Origin: Prosthecobacter sp.
Lineage (GTDB): Bacteria > Verrucomicrobiota > Verrucomicrobiia > Verrucomicrobiales > Verrucomicrobiaceae
Reading direction: 5' to 3'
Length of the DNA: 64,000 nucleotides
NCBI RefSeq assembly: GCF_014879935.1
Contig: NZ_JACSRD010000202.1
Coordinates: forward strand, 4,572-68,571
Notes under the pieces: generated by a model
The model's database searches: none
Told to the model about the DNA's origin: nothing
What the model saw: the letters and a program-made list of their open reading frames with translations, nothing else
Part shown: piece after piece, positions 33,397 to 42,512 of the stretch
Layout: every line of letters starts with the position of its first letter
Numbering within the stretch: the first letter of the stretch is position 1
Made by a program: the position numbers and the translations under genes

Positions 33397-34502
33397 GAGT
33401 GTTCCGGCCTCCAGCCAGCCGAGCGATAGACGTCGCAGACACGGCGGGCGACGCTTTCCCAGGTGAAACCGTGCAGCACATGCTCGCGGCAGGCTTCACG
33501 CGAAGGAACGCGCAGCGAACCGTCCAGCCACCCACGCAAACCGGCGGCGATGTCATCCACGCCCGTGCCCTTCAGCACCAGATCGCCGTCGAGACCACGC
33601 ACGGTGTCAGGAAGGCCGCCCACGGGCGTCACGAGCACCGGAGTGCCGCAGGCGAGGGATTCGAGCGAGATCAATCCGAAGCCCTCCAGGGCGGAACTGG
33701 GCACGATGGAGAGATCTGCGGCGGCATAGACGGAGGACAGGCTGCTTTCGGGGATGAAGCCGAGGAACTGCACCTGTTTGGACAGTCCTTTGTGGAGAAC
33801 CAACTGCTCCAGCTCCTCGCGCAGCGGTCCCTGGCCGCCAATCATGAGCCGCGTGTCGGGATGATCGGCGGTGGCCTGCGCAAAGGCTTCGATGAGGTTC
33901 TCCAATCCCATGCGCCGTGCCAGACGACGCACGCAGACGATGATTTTCTGCTTCTGCGGCCACACGAGCCGCTGCCTTGCCTCCAGAACATCCATCGGCT
34001 GGAATTGATCGACCTCCACGCCGCCGGGGATGACGTGCACCCGCTCTGGCGAAACGCCGTACTCCTGGCAAAGCACGTCACGAAAAGCGTTCGACAGCAC
34101 GATGAAGCGGTCCGCGCGGTGATACACCAGACGTTCGAGCATGCGTTTGCAGAACACCGCGTGCATCCGGCCGCCCTCGCGTTTTGACTCGCTGGCCCAG
34201 GGGCCGTGAAAGTGCACGACATGGCCGTCCCAACGGCGGCCGAGCAGGGCTGGCAACGCATACAGCGCGAAGTGGGAGGCGAGCAGCTTGCCGCGTTTCG
34301 GAACCACGGCCTCGCGCACCGCCTTCCAGCGTTGCATGAGGGAGCGGTTCACCGGACCGAGGCAGGTGGCCTTGTGCGAGTCGCCAAAGCCATAGGCGCG
34401 GACCGTCACGCCCAGGCGGGCCAGCGTGCTGTTGAGCGCGTTGAAATAACGGTCCACACCTCCAGCGGAGGCCTTCAGATGCATGCCAAGTTGAGCAATC
34501 AT
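33393..34502 (-). CDS. Glycosyltransferase family 4
   Basis: Start re-set to MIAQLGMHLKASAGGVDRYFNAL (ATG 34502, ATGA overlap). VCVRRLARRMGLENLIEAF..VPSSALEGFGLISLESLACGTPVLVTPVGGLPD. Confidence 0.85.
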   Translation of the reverse strand: MIAQLGMHLKASAGGVDRYFNALNSTLARLGVTVRAYGFGDSHKATCLGPVNRSLMQRWKAVREAVVPKRGKLLASHFALYALPALLGRRWDGHVVHFHGPWASESKREGGRMHAVFCKRMLERLVYHRADRFIVLSNAFRDVLCQEYGVSPERVHVIPGGVEVDQFQPMDVLEARQRLVWPQKQKIIVCVRRLARRMGLENLIEAFAQATADHPDTRLMIGGQGPLREELEQLVLHKGLSKQVQFLGFIPESSLSSVYAAADLSIVPSSALEGFGLISLESLACGTPVLVTPVGGLPDTVRGLDGDLVLKGTGVDDIAAGLRGWLDGSLRVPSREACREHVLHGFTWESVARRVCDVYRSAGWRPEHS

Positions 34503-34957
34503 GAGTTTTGCGGCACATCGCCGATCTTGCGGGCGGGATTCCCGGCCCAGACTTCGTGAGGAGGGATGCTTTTGGTCAGCACCGAGCCGGCGCCGAGCAC
34601 GGAACGGCGTCCGATGGTCAATGAGGTGTTCGGACGTGCCACCACGATGCTGTGCGCGCCGATGGTCACGTCGTCTTCGAGGGTGATGAAGTGTGGCGAG
34701 CCGATCCAGGTCTCGCCAGCCAGCGTCACATGATGATAAACGCGGCAACGATGGCCGATGCGCACCTGCGGGTGCATCACCACGCCGAGCGCGTAGTGCT
34801 CCAGGCTCACGCCTTTGCCAACTTCCGCTTCGGCCGGGAGCAGGCACTTGTGCAGGGCGAAGTTCACGGCCTTCACCATGCGTGCGGTGAGTTTCCAGCC
34901 TCGTTGGTGGAGCTTCCGGCTCCACTTCCAGAGCGATTCAGGACTGCGCAAGGGCAT
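34499..34957 (-). CDS. Hexapeptide-repeat O-acetyltransferase (CysE/WcaB-like)
   Basis: VRIGHRCRVYHHVTLAGE..TLEDDVTIGAHSIVV..LTIGRRSVLGAGSVLTKSIPPHEVWAGNPAR. Start re-set to ATG 34957. Confidence 0.8.
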   Translation of the reverse strand: MPLRSPESLWKWSRKLHQRGWKLTARMVKAVNFALHKCLLPAEAEVGKGVSLEHYALGVVMHPQVRIGHRCRVYHHVTLAGETWIGSPHFITLEDDVTIGAHSIVVARPNTSLTIGRRSVLGAGSVLTKSIPPHEVWAGNPARKIGDVPQNS

Positions 34958-36137
34958 GACGGGCGGAGACAAAACCAGCACCGGTGTCAGATTGCGGACG
35001 GGGCGTGATCGAGGCGTTTTCAAAGGCACCGATCATCCGGCGGGCGACCGCAGGCAGCGAGATCTCGCGTTCGACCCACTGACGGCCCTGGGTGGCGAGT
35101 TTCTCACGCAGTTCAGGATCGGTGATGAGCCGGCGCAGCGCCTCGGCAAGCCGTGCGGGCTTGCGCTGCGGGAAGATGAGGCCGCCTTCGCTTTCGCGGA
35201 TGAGGAAGGGGATCTCGCCGGAGTTCGAGCCGATCACCGAAGTGCCGCAGGCCAGCGCTTCAGGAATGACGCGGCCAAATTGCTCCTCCCAGTTCGGCTG
35301 CGTCTCGGACGGCAGCACCAGGATGTCCATGGCGGCGAGCCAGCGGGGTGTTTCACCATGTGGGACGTAGCCGGTGAAGGTGACGCGGTCTTTCACACCT
35401 TCATGTTCCAGCAACTGCTCGAGCTGCGGCTGGAACTCGCCGGTGCCCACGAGCACCATCTTCCAGTCGATGTCCCGCAGCATGCCGAGCGCCATGGCGA
35501 GGGTGCGCAGGCCTTTGGACTCGATCAAACGGCCGACATAACCGATGGCCGGGCTCTTCGATTTCGGAAAACGCTCCGGCGGTGTCTGCTTCAGGCGCGG
35601 ATGATAACGCTCGGGATCGAGTGGCAGCGGGCAGATCGTCTGGTGCCCTTTGAAGCCCTTCGCCTCGATCACGTCCGCCACATGCTGCGTGATGGGCAGG
35701 GCGAAGCTCGACGAACGATAAACCATCGACTCCAGCCACGAGAACGGCGGCGGATACTTTTTGTGGATGTTCTGGCAGGAGTAAAAGCCGAACGGCACGC
35801 GGATGGAGTGATTGTTCGCACGGCAGACCTGCGCGGTGGCCAGCGCGTAGGGCTCGTGGTTCATGTAGATCACATCCGGCTTCAATTCGTTGAGGAAGCG
35901 CTGCCAGTTCATCCGGTAGGCGTGGAAGATGATGCTGCCATTGCGCCAGACGGCGCAGCGGATGACGGAGCTTTCGAGCGCCGGGTCCGGCTGCTGCTGC
36001 AGGGCGTTGCCAAACTCATCTTTCCACTGGTCCGGGACGACCAGCGTGATCTTCCAGCCGGTTTCACGCTGGATGCGTGCGTAGATTTCCTGATTCAGCG
36101 CCGTGGCGCAGGAGTGGCTGACGACAAGAAGGTGCAT
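34938..36137 (-). CDS. Glycosyltransferase family 4
   Basis: MHLLVVSHSCATALNQEIYARI..; YVGRLIESKGLRTLAMAL..LPSETQPNWEEQFGRVIPEALACGTSVIGSNSGEIPFLI. Confidence 0.85.
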   Translation of the reverse strand: MHLLVVSHSCATALNQEIYARIQRETGWKITLVVPDQWKDEFGNALQQQPDPALESSVIRCAVWRNGSIIFHAYRMNWQRFLNELKPDVIYMNHEPYALATAQVCRANNHSIRVPFGFYSCQNIHKKYPPPFSWLESMVYRSSSFALPITQHVADVIEAKGFKGHQTICPLPLDPERYHPRLKQTPPERFPKSKSPAIGYVGRLIESKGLRTLAMALGMLRDIDWKMVLVGTGEFQPQLEQLLEHEGVKDRVTFTGYVPHGETPRWLAAMDILVLPSETQPNWEEQFGRVIPEALACGTSVIGSNSGEIPFLIRESEGGLIFPQRKPARLAEALRRLITDPELREKLATQGRQWVEREISLPAVARRMIGAFENASITPRPQSDTGAGFVSARHALAQS

Positions 36138-36150
36138 AAAAACGTGGGGT

Positions 36151-37305
36151 TCAGTTGCAGGAGTTGAGATGGGCCTGGTAGGCGTCCTCGGTCATCTGGG
36201 CGACGCGGTCCCAGGTGTAGTTGAGCTCCACGCGCTCGCGTGCGTTGGCGCCCATGGTCTTCAAATGCTGCGGTTGCGCGCAGAGGCGGCGCAGCACCGT
36301 GGCGATCTGCGCGGGATCGTATTCGATGAACTCCCCGTTCTCTCCCGGGGAGATGAAATCCTCCGTGCCGTTGATGCAGGTGGCGACGACCGGCAGGCCG
36401 CAGGCCGCAGCCTCGATGGTGGCGAGGCTGAAGGCCTCATACCAGCTCGGGAAGAGGAAGAGATCAGCCGCGCCGAGCGCGTGGGGCATGTCCTTGCGGA
36501 AGCCGCCGAAGATGATGCGGTCGTGCGCGTTGGCATCGTGCGCCATCTTGATGAAGCGGGCACGATCCGGGTCGTCACCGGCCACGAACAAGGTCAGCGG
36601 CACGTCGTGGAGCAATCCCATGGCCTGGATGGCGAAGTCGAGGCCTTTGCGCGCCCATTCACCACCGGCAAAGATGGCCATGACGTGATCCTCGGGCACG
36701 CCGTAGGTTTTCCGCCAGGCCTGCCGTGCCGCCTCCGGCAGCGGTTTGAAGCGCTGCGTGTCCGCCGCGTTTGGCACGATGCGCATCTGCGCCGGACCGA
36801 TGTCGTAGTGCCTCGTCAGCTCGTTCGCCACGCCGCGTGACACCGGCAGGAACATCGGAGCCGTGCGTCCCGGCTTGTGCTGATACAGCCGCTTCTCGGC
36901 CGCGCAGGTCGCGTTCAGATACATCCAGCGCGTGAGACGACGTGCCGGGGAGACGCGTTCGTGGTGGCCGAGGCGTTCAAGGATCTGCTTCTTCGCCGGC
37001 TGGATGTTCTGGATGGTGATCACATTGCCGCGCTGGGTGTTGCAGCCAATGGTGTGGACGATTTCAAACTCGCCGGGACGCACGCGGCGGTTCACTTCGA
37101 GGTAGTAGGAGCCGAAATCGATCACCTCCGCCCAGTTCACACCGGGAATGCGGTGCCAGGCGATGCGGGAGAGGTCCAGGTCCTCCGCCTTGCGTGCGTA
37201 AAGATGCACTTCGTGCCGTTGGGCGATGCGTTCGGCGACTTCGTTCACCGCGCGGGCGCTGCCGTCGCGCCGGTTGCAGTTGATCATGGCGTAGGCGATT
37301 TTCAT
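36151..37305 (-). CDS. Glycosyltransferase family 4
   Basis: Start re-set to MKIAYAMINCNRRDGSARAVNEVAERI (ATG 37305, ATGA overlap). FPSWYEAFSLATIEAAACGLPVVATCINGTEDFI. Confidence 0.85.
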   Translation of the reverse strand: MKIAYAMINCNRRDGSARAVNEVAERIAQRHEVHLYARKAEDLDLSRIAWHRIPGVNWAEVIDFGSYYLEVNRRVRPGEFEIVHTIGCNTQRGNVITIQNIQPAKKQILERLGHHERVSPARRLTRWMYLNATCAAEKRLYQHKPGRTAPMFLPVSRGVANELTRHYDIGPAQMRIVPNAADTQRFKPLPEAARQAWRKTYGVPEDHVMAIFAGGEWARKGLDFAIQAMGLLHDVPLTLFVAGDDPDRARFIKMAHDANAHDRIIFGGFRKDMPHALGAADLFLFPSWYEAFSLATIEAAACGLPVVATCINGTEDFISPGENGEFIEYDPAQIATVLRRLCAQPQHLKTMGANARERVELNYTWDRVAQMTEDAYQAHLNSCN

Positions 37306-38657
37306 GCGTGTGTGAGGATGGGTTGAGGGGTTTCGAAGAAATGGGGGACAGGCTGCGGGACCGGGCGCGGCTGCGGCACCGGGCGTGTGAAGCGGTTCAG
37401 CGAGATGCCAAGGAAGACCCAGAACAGCGAGAAGCCGCCGAAGACATTCCCGACGTAGAGGAACACGAGGCAGCCGAGGAGCACGGCACGGCCGGTGAAC
37501 AGGAAGGGATCGCGGCTGCCGAGGCGGATGCGGCGTGTCAGCTCGCCCCAGATCTGCGCCATGGCGGCGAAGAAGGCCAGTCCGCCGATCCAGCCGAACT
37601 GGCTGAAGACCTCGATGTAGCCGCTGTCGCACCAGCCTTCCTTCACACCGCCACCGATGCGCCCGGCACCGAAGCCGGAACTGCCGAGCCCGAGTCCGAG
37701 TGGATGTTGCAACACCCACGGAATGCCGGCGGTGAAGATCTCCAGCCGTCCCTGATAGGAGCCGTCCTTCTGGATGTCCTTCATCGTGTCGAAGCGCTTC
37801 GTGATGCGTGAGGCGCCGGGCATGTGCTCCAGGCCGTAGCTGGCACCGATCGCCAGCAGGCCGGCGAAGAACAGCACGCGGCCGAGACCGCGGCCCTTTG
37901 ACAGCGCGGGCTGGAGAATGGCCACCAGGCCCACGATGATGAACATGCTGCGGCTCATGGTCAGCACGACGACTGAGAACAGCAGGACGATCGTCAGCCA
38001 GCCGCCGAGAATGCGCCAGCGTGAGTGCAGGATCATCGGAATGGCCGCCCAGGCCAGGAAACTGGCGCAGGGGCCGCGTTCATGCATCGTCGAGAACACG
38101 GACATCTCCGTGGGCCGGAGCTGGCCGAGATAACCGACGAAATTCACCTCCGTGACCCAGAAGGCATCCCACACCGGGATCGTGAGGTATTGAAACCAGC
38201 CGTAGAGCGCCACCAACAGCGCCGAGTAGCCGGAGGATTTCAGCCAGCGGTCCGCCGTGCGGCTGCCGACCGGCGCTGTGGCCGCAAACAGGAAGGCGCC
38301 GAAGCCCGCCAGCCACTCGCCAAGCGAATACACGGCCCCGATGCCGGCATTCATGAAGCCGATGACCATGCCGTGCCCGAGAGCCACCATGATGAGCATG
38401 GCGACGTTGCGACTGCGCGGTGTGAGTTGATGGAATCGCGAGAATGCCGGGATCAACAGCAGGGCGCTGACGATGAGCGGCGTCAGGCTGATGGTGGAAA
38501 GCGGATTGAAGGCCCCGTTGAGGTAATAATCGACGAGCCGCCGGATGCCGCGGTTCAGCGCGACCACGAAGAAGGCGTAATCGAGCAGATAACTCGAACG
38601 CGTGGCCGCCAGATACAGGGCGGGCAGGATGATCAGGAGTGTGACGAGCAGTTCCAT
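37302..38657 (-). CDS. Wzy-type polymerase / O-antigen-ligase-family membrane protein
   Basis: About 10 or more hydrophobic segments. LTMSRSMFIIVGLVAIL, plus a loop ..GRLEIFTAGIPWVLQHPLGLGLGSSGFG typical of the Wzy_C family. Confidence 0.75.
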   Translation of the reverse strand: MELLVTLLIILPALYLAATRSSYLLDYAFFVVALNRGIRRLVDYYLNGAFNPLSTISLTPLIVSALLLIPAFSRFHQLTPRSRNVAMLIMVALGHGMVIGFMNAGIGAVYSLGEWLAGFGAFLFAATAPVGSRTADRWLKSSGYSALLVALYGWFQYLTIPVWDAFWVTEVNFVGYLGQLRPTEMSVFSTMHERGPCASFLAWAAIPMILHSRWRILGGWLTIVLLFSVVVLTMSRSMFIIVGLVAILQPALSKGRGLGRVLFFAGLLAIGASYGLEHMPGASRITKRFDTMKDIQKDGSYQGRLEIFTAGIPWVLQHPLGLGLGSSGFGAGRIGGGVKEGWCDSGYIEVFSQFGWIGGLAFFAAMAQIWGELTRRIRLGSRDPFLFTGRAVLLGCLVFLYVGNVFGGFSLFWVFLGISLNRFTRPVPQPRPVPQPVPHFFETPQPILTHA

Positions 38658-38662
38658 GCCAG

Positions 38663-39322
38663 TTACACGGTCACTTGCGTGGGACGCGGCGATTCGACGT
38701 CAGCAGCCGCTGGTGCGGCGTGGCGGAGACGCGGATTGCGCCCGATCCAGGCCATCACCGGCGCAAACCAGGATGACGGGATGTAGTCGAAGCGTTCAAT
38801 GTCGCGGGTGCCGATCTCCTTCGCGGGATTTCCGCCGACAACGGCGAAAGGCCGGACATTTTTGACTACCACGGCTCCAGCAGCCACGACGGCACCACGG
38901 CCGATGGTCACGCCTTTCAAAATCAGCGCATCGGTGGCGATCCAGGCGTGATCCTCCACCACCACCGGTGCGAAGACGTGGTCGTAGGTCGGCGAGTGGA
39001 TGTCGTGGGAGCCGGTGATGATTTTGACGCCGTCATTGATGACCACGCAGTCACCGATGCGCACCGGCGCGTGAGTCTGCATGCGGGTGACGCCAAGGCA
39101 GCAGCAGTCGCCGATGAAAAGGTTCGCGGCGTTCCCTTGCACCGTGAGCTTTGAAATGACGGTCAAAGGCCTGATCTGCGCACCCTTCATTCTCCAGCGC
39201 AGCGATTGCAGGCAGTAACCGAGCAGCGATGGCAGCGTCCAGACACGTTTTGCCCACGTGCGCAGCCACTCATGGCTGAAAAGAGCGGGCCGGAGCCGGT
39301 GACGCAGAAGAAACGTGATCAT
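38663..39322 (-). CDS. Hexapeptide-repeat acetyltransferase (WcaF/NodL-like)
   Basis: VRIGDCVVINDGVKIITGSHD..PVVVEDHAWIATDALILKGVTIGRGAVVAAGAVVVKNVRPFAVVGGNPAKEIG. Start re-set to ATG 39322. Confidence 0.8.
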   Translation of the reverse strand: MITFLLRHRLRPALFSHEWLRTWAKRVWTLPSLLGYCLQSLRWRMKGAQIRPLTVISKLTVQGNAANLFIGDCCCLGVTRMQTHAPVRIGDCVVINDGVKIITGSHDIHSPTYDHVFAPVVVEDHAWIATDALILKGVTIGRGAVVAAGAVVVKNVRPFAVVGGNPAKEIGTRDIERFDYIPSSWFAPVMAWIGRNPRLRHAAPAAADVESPRPTQVTV

Positions 39323-39329
39323 GACGGGA

Positions 39330-41540
39330 TCAGCGGGCTGAGGCGGTGATGGCACTCTTCGGAAGAGCGTCACCCTCGTGTTTGTAGCCGAGGCAGAACC
39401 GCAAAGCGGCCATGCGTCCGGCCCAGGTGGCGGCGAAACGCTGCCGTGGCATCGAATTCGGCCGCAGGATGAAATCCACGGCGCGCAAGAGGCCGGGACA
39501 GACGTGACTGCCGATGGCGAACTGCCAGAGCGGGATCATCCAGCGCACCAGACCGCGTCCATGCTTCAAGGCGACGAAGGTCTCGTTGTAGGCGATGTCG
39601 CTGGTGCCTTCGAAGTTGAAGATGCCGCGATGCACGGTGTCGCCATCGTGACGTGGGGCGACGTTGTGGATGATCCGCACCGTGGGATCGAAGATCATTC
39701 GCAGGTTCTGGCTTCTGGCCTGCAAACCGAGCGCGAGCTCCCAGTTCACCTGCGCGCCTTTGCCGCGCAGTCCCGCTTCAAAACCGCAGCGGCGGAGGAA
39801 ATCGCCTTTAAAGAGGCAGTTCGAGCCACGCAGCACCTGCACGCAGCGTGCGGTGCCACCACCGCGATGATGTCCGCCCGTCACGCGGCCGAACCAGTGG
39901 ATGTTGCCCACGTCCTGCACCAGCGGCTCGCTCTGACGCATCTCCGGATAGTCCATGAGCATGTCACGTCCGCCGGCAGCGACGAGATCGCCGCGTGAGC
40001 GGATGTGATTGAGCATGCTGCGAAGCCAGTGGGGAGGAATCTCCACATCATCGTCAAGCAGGGCGATGTGATCGGCCCGGCACTGAGCGAGGCAGGAATT
40101 CATCGAGCCGACGACACCGACGCCGCGCGCCTCGACAGCATTCACGGGCAATGAGGATGCGAATTCGGCGATCACGACCGGAGTGAGGTCATCATCCGCC
40201 CGAACGCCGATCCAGATGTTGGTGGCCGGCAGATCTTGGGCCTTAACCGCCTGCAGGCAGCGACGAAGGTCGTCCGGACGCTTCAACGTGGGAATGATGA
40301 TGTCGATGCTTTCCATGGTCGGGACGGAGGCTTGTGGCTGCATGCGGTGAAGGATGTTCGTGAGTTGCGTCGTCACGCGGGCCAGATCGAAGTGCTTCTC
40401 GGCCACGGCATGCGAAGCAGCGCTGGTTGCCGAGGTGGTGGCGGCGATCTGAGCCAGCGCGTCGGCAAAGGTCTCAGGTTGGTCGTCGGCGAGATGGATG
40501 TCGCGTTCGCAGAGATAGTCCGCGTTGCCGTTGGTGTGTCCGACAATGACCGGAAGGCCGCAGGCCTGGGCTTCGGCGACGGACGAACCGAAATTCTCTT
40601 CGTCGCTCGGCTGTGCGAGCACATCATGCTGTCGCAGCAGCTCGGGAACCTCCTTGCGTGGCAGGTTCTTGATCCAGCGCAGGCGATCCGGGAACGGAAA
40701 GGCATCGATCAGCTTGTCGTAGCCGGGAACGAAGCCCGTTCCGCCGACGATGGTGGCTTTGACGTGCAATCCGCGGCGGATCGCGCACTCCAGGCCGCCC
40801 AGAAAGAGATCGAGACGCTTGCGTGGAATGATGCGCCCGAGCCAGAGCAGGCGGAGCTCGCTGCTCTTGCCCCGCGGCGTTGCCGCAGGCTGGAACATGG
40901 CGAGATCGATCGGATAAGGCAGTGTCGAGATGTGGTCGCCCGGGATGCCATAGATCTCATGCAGGGTCTGTTGGGACTGGCGGCTGCCGACGATGATGTG
41001 ATCGGAGTGCTTGAGCTGCGGCAGTCCGAGGGAGGAGAGACGAAGCCGTGCCAATGCGAGCCACTGGGCGGCTTTGCCCAGACCGGCGAGGCGTTTGATC
41101 TCGGCGAAACGCGAAACAATCGAGCGCGCGTCGGTTCCAGGCGGTCCCTGGGCAAAGCTGACGGCTGGAAGGTTCGGGATGCGGCCGGGTGCGTAGTCGC
41201 CGAGCCAGAGGCAGAGATCATAACGACGGCTGCGATGCTCGTGACGGATCGTTTTGAGCAGCAGGCGCGTGTAAGTGGCGCAATCGAAGCGACAGGCGAG
41301 AAAACCGAGAACAGGAAGGTGCTGCACCTTCGCCCGGAAGCGATCCGGTGCGACGTTGTCCGTGCTGATGAAGCGGAAACGCTCGTGTTCGCCCACGCAC
41401 GGCCGCGGATCGACGAACGAGGGCTTCGAAAAGAAGTCCACCGCGTGCCCGGCGTTCAGCAGCGAACGCAGCAGGAGCGCATTGGCGGAGGCCACGCTGC
41501 CTTCCTGGGCCGAGACGTAACCGCAGACGGCGATTTTCAT
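39330..41540 (-). CDS. Bifunctional glycosyltransferase: N-terminal GT4 + C-terminal GT2
   Basis: GT4: MKIAVCGYVSAQEGSVASANALLL..LWLGRIIPRKRLDLFL..QPSDEENFGSSVAEAQACGLPVIVGHTNGNADYL. GT2: IDIIIPTLKRPDDLRRCLQAV..IALLDDDVEIPPHW. Confidence 0.8.
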   Translation of the reverse strand: MKIAVCGYVSAQEGSVASANALLLRSLLNAGHAVDFFSKPSFVDPRPCVGEHERFRFISTDNVAPDRFRAKVQHLPVLGFLACRFDCATYTRLLLKTIRHEHRSRRYDLCLWLGDYAPGRIPNLPAVSFAQGPPGTDARSIVSRFAEIKRLAGLGKAAQWLALARLRLSSLGLPQLKHSDHIIVGSRQSQQTLHEIYGIPGDHISTLPYPIDLAMFQPAATPRGKSSELRLLWLGRIIPRKRLDLFLGGLECAIRRGLHVKATIVGGTGFVPGYDKLIDAFPFPDRLRWIKNLPRKEVPELLRQHDVLAQPSDEENFGSSVAEAQACGLPVIVGHTNGNADYLCERDIHLADDQPETFADALAQIAATTSATSAASHAVAEKHFDLARVTTQLTNILHRMQPQASVPTMESIDIIIPTLKRPDDLRRCLQAVKAQDLPATNIWIGVRADDDLTPVVIAEFASSLPVNAVEARGVGVVGSMNSCLAQCRADHIALLDDDVEIPPHWLRSMLNHIRSRGDLVAAGGRDMLMDYPEMRQSEPLVQDVGNIHWFGRVTGGHHRGGGTARCVQVLRGSNCLFKGDFLRRCGFEAGLRGKGAQVNWELALGLQARSQNLRMIFDPTVRIIHNVAPRHDGDTVHRGIFNFEGTSDIAYNETFVALKHGRGLVRWMIPLWQFAIGSHVCPGLLRAVDFILRPNSMPRQRFAATWAGRMAALRFCLGYKHEGDALPKSAITASAR

Positions 41541-42499
41541 GCGCAGGAACCGATTGGGAGCGAGGGGTCAACCACCGCAGTGTCGGCGGACGACGGCTGG
41601 AGCCAGCGGCGGCAGAGTTCGGCATCGAACGCGGGAGGATCGAAGATTTCGAGCCCGCTGCCGGGGAAGAAGGTCATCTCGCCGAAATAGACACCCGACT
41701 CGGTCTGGTAGAGGTCCACACGCACGAAGTTCTGATCCTTGGACAGACGTTGGGCGATGGCGGCCATGGCTTTCAGGTCGCGTGGAGGCGGCGCTTCGTG
41801 GTCGTAGCCCTCATGCTGGAGCCGCACCGGCAGACGGAGCCAGTCCTTGGTGTAGAGACAGCGGCGGTGATCGATGAAACGGCCGGTGTCGTGCTGGATG
41901 AACGCGATGCGGCCACGGAAGCAGAAGAACTTGTAATCCTCGGGCACGAGCCGGTCGCAGGGGAGGAACTCCTCGACGATGATGCCGGGCTTCAGATGGC
42001 GATAACTGGGCTCACGTGATCCCTGGAAGTACTCGGCTGCCATCCAGCGGCGGAGTTCGCTTCGTTCCTCGTCAGTCAACCGGCGTGGCTCGCGGACGAG
42101 GATCGTCATGCCGGAGCCGTGCGTGCCTTTGACCACGCAGCGGGGCAGAACGTCATCAAACCAGGCATCGGAGGCGTCCTGCGTGTGATGCAGTGTCCGG
42201 GCGATGCGGCACTCCTCGGCCGCACCTTTCATGGCAGCGGCCACGGAGTCCTTCACGAGTTGCTTGTCCACCCACTGCGCGAAGGAGATTTCCTTGGGCA
42301 GGGTGACTTTGCGGGCGAACAGCCACTCATTCAGCGTGCGCGGGGAGCGCAGGCGTGGGCGGAAGCCGTAGGTGCGCTTGAACACGCGAAACGACAGCAG
42401 GTAGGTGGCCCAAGGCGTGTCCGGCAGCACCTTGGCGAGCGTCTTGCCGATGAAGCCGCTGTAACCGAAGGCGCGCAGGGCGGGTTGTTTGAAGAACAT
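41537..42499 (-). CDS. TupA-like ATP-grasp enzyme (teichuronopeptide-biosynthesis-type amidoligase family)
   Basis: VVKGTHGSGMTILV..EDYKFFCFRGRIAFIQHD..FVRVDLYQTESGVYFGEMTFFPGSG matches my recollection of the ATPgrasp_TupA pattern. Confidence 0.7.
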   Translation of the reverse strand: MFFKQPALRAFGYSGFIGKTLAKVLPDTPWATYLLSFRVFKRTYGFRPRLRSPRTLNEWLFARKVTLPKEISFAQWVDKQLVKDSVAAAMKGAAEECRIARTLHHTQDASDAWFDDVLPRCVVKGTHGSGMTILVREPRRLTDEERSELRRWMAAEYFQGSREPSYRHLKPGIIVEEFLPCDRLVPEDYKFFCFRGRIAFIQHDTGRFIDHRRCLYTKDWLRLPVRLQHEGYDHEAPPPRDLKAMAAIAQRLSKDQNFVRVDLYQTESGVYFGEMTFFPGSGLEIFDPPAFDAELCRRWLQPSSADTAVVDPSLPIGSCA

Positions 42500-42512
42500 G
42501 GCGTTTTTGGGT

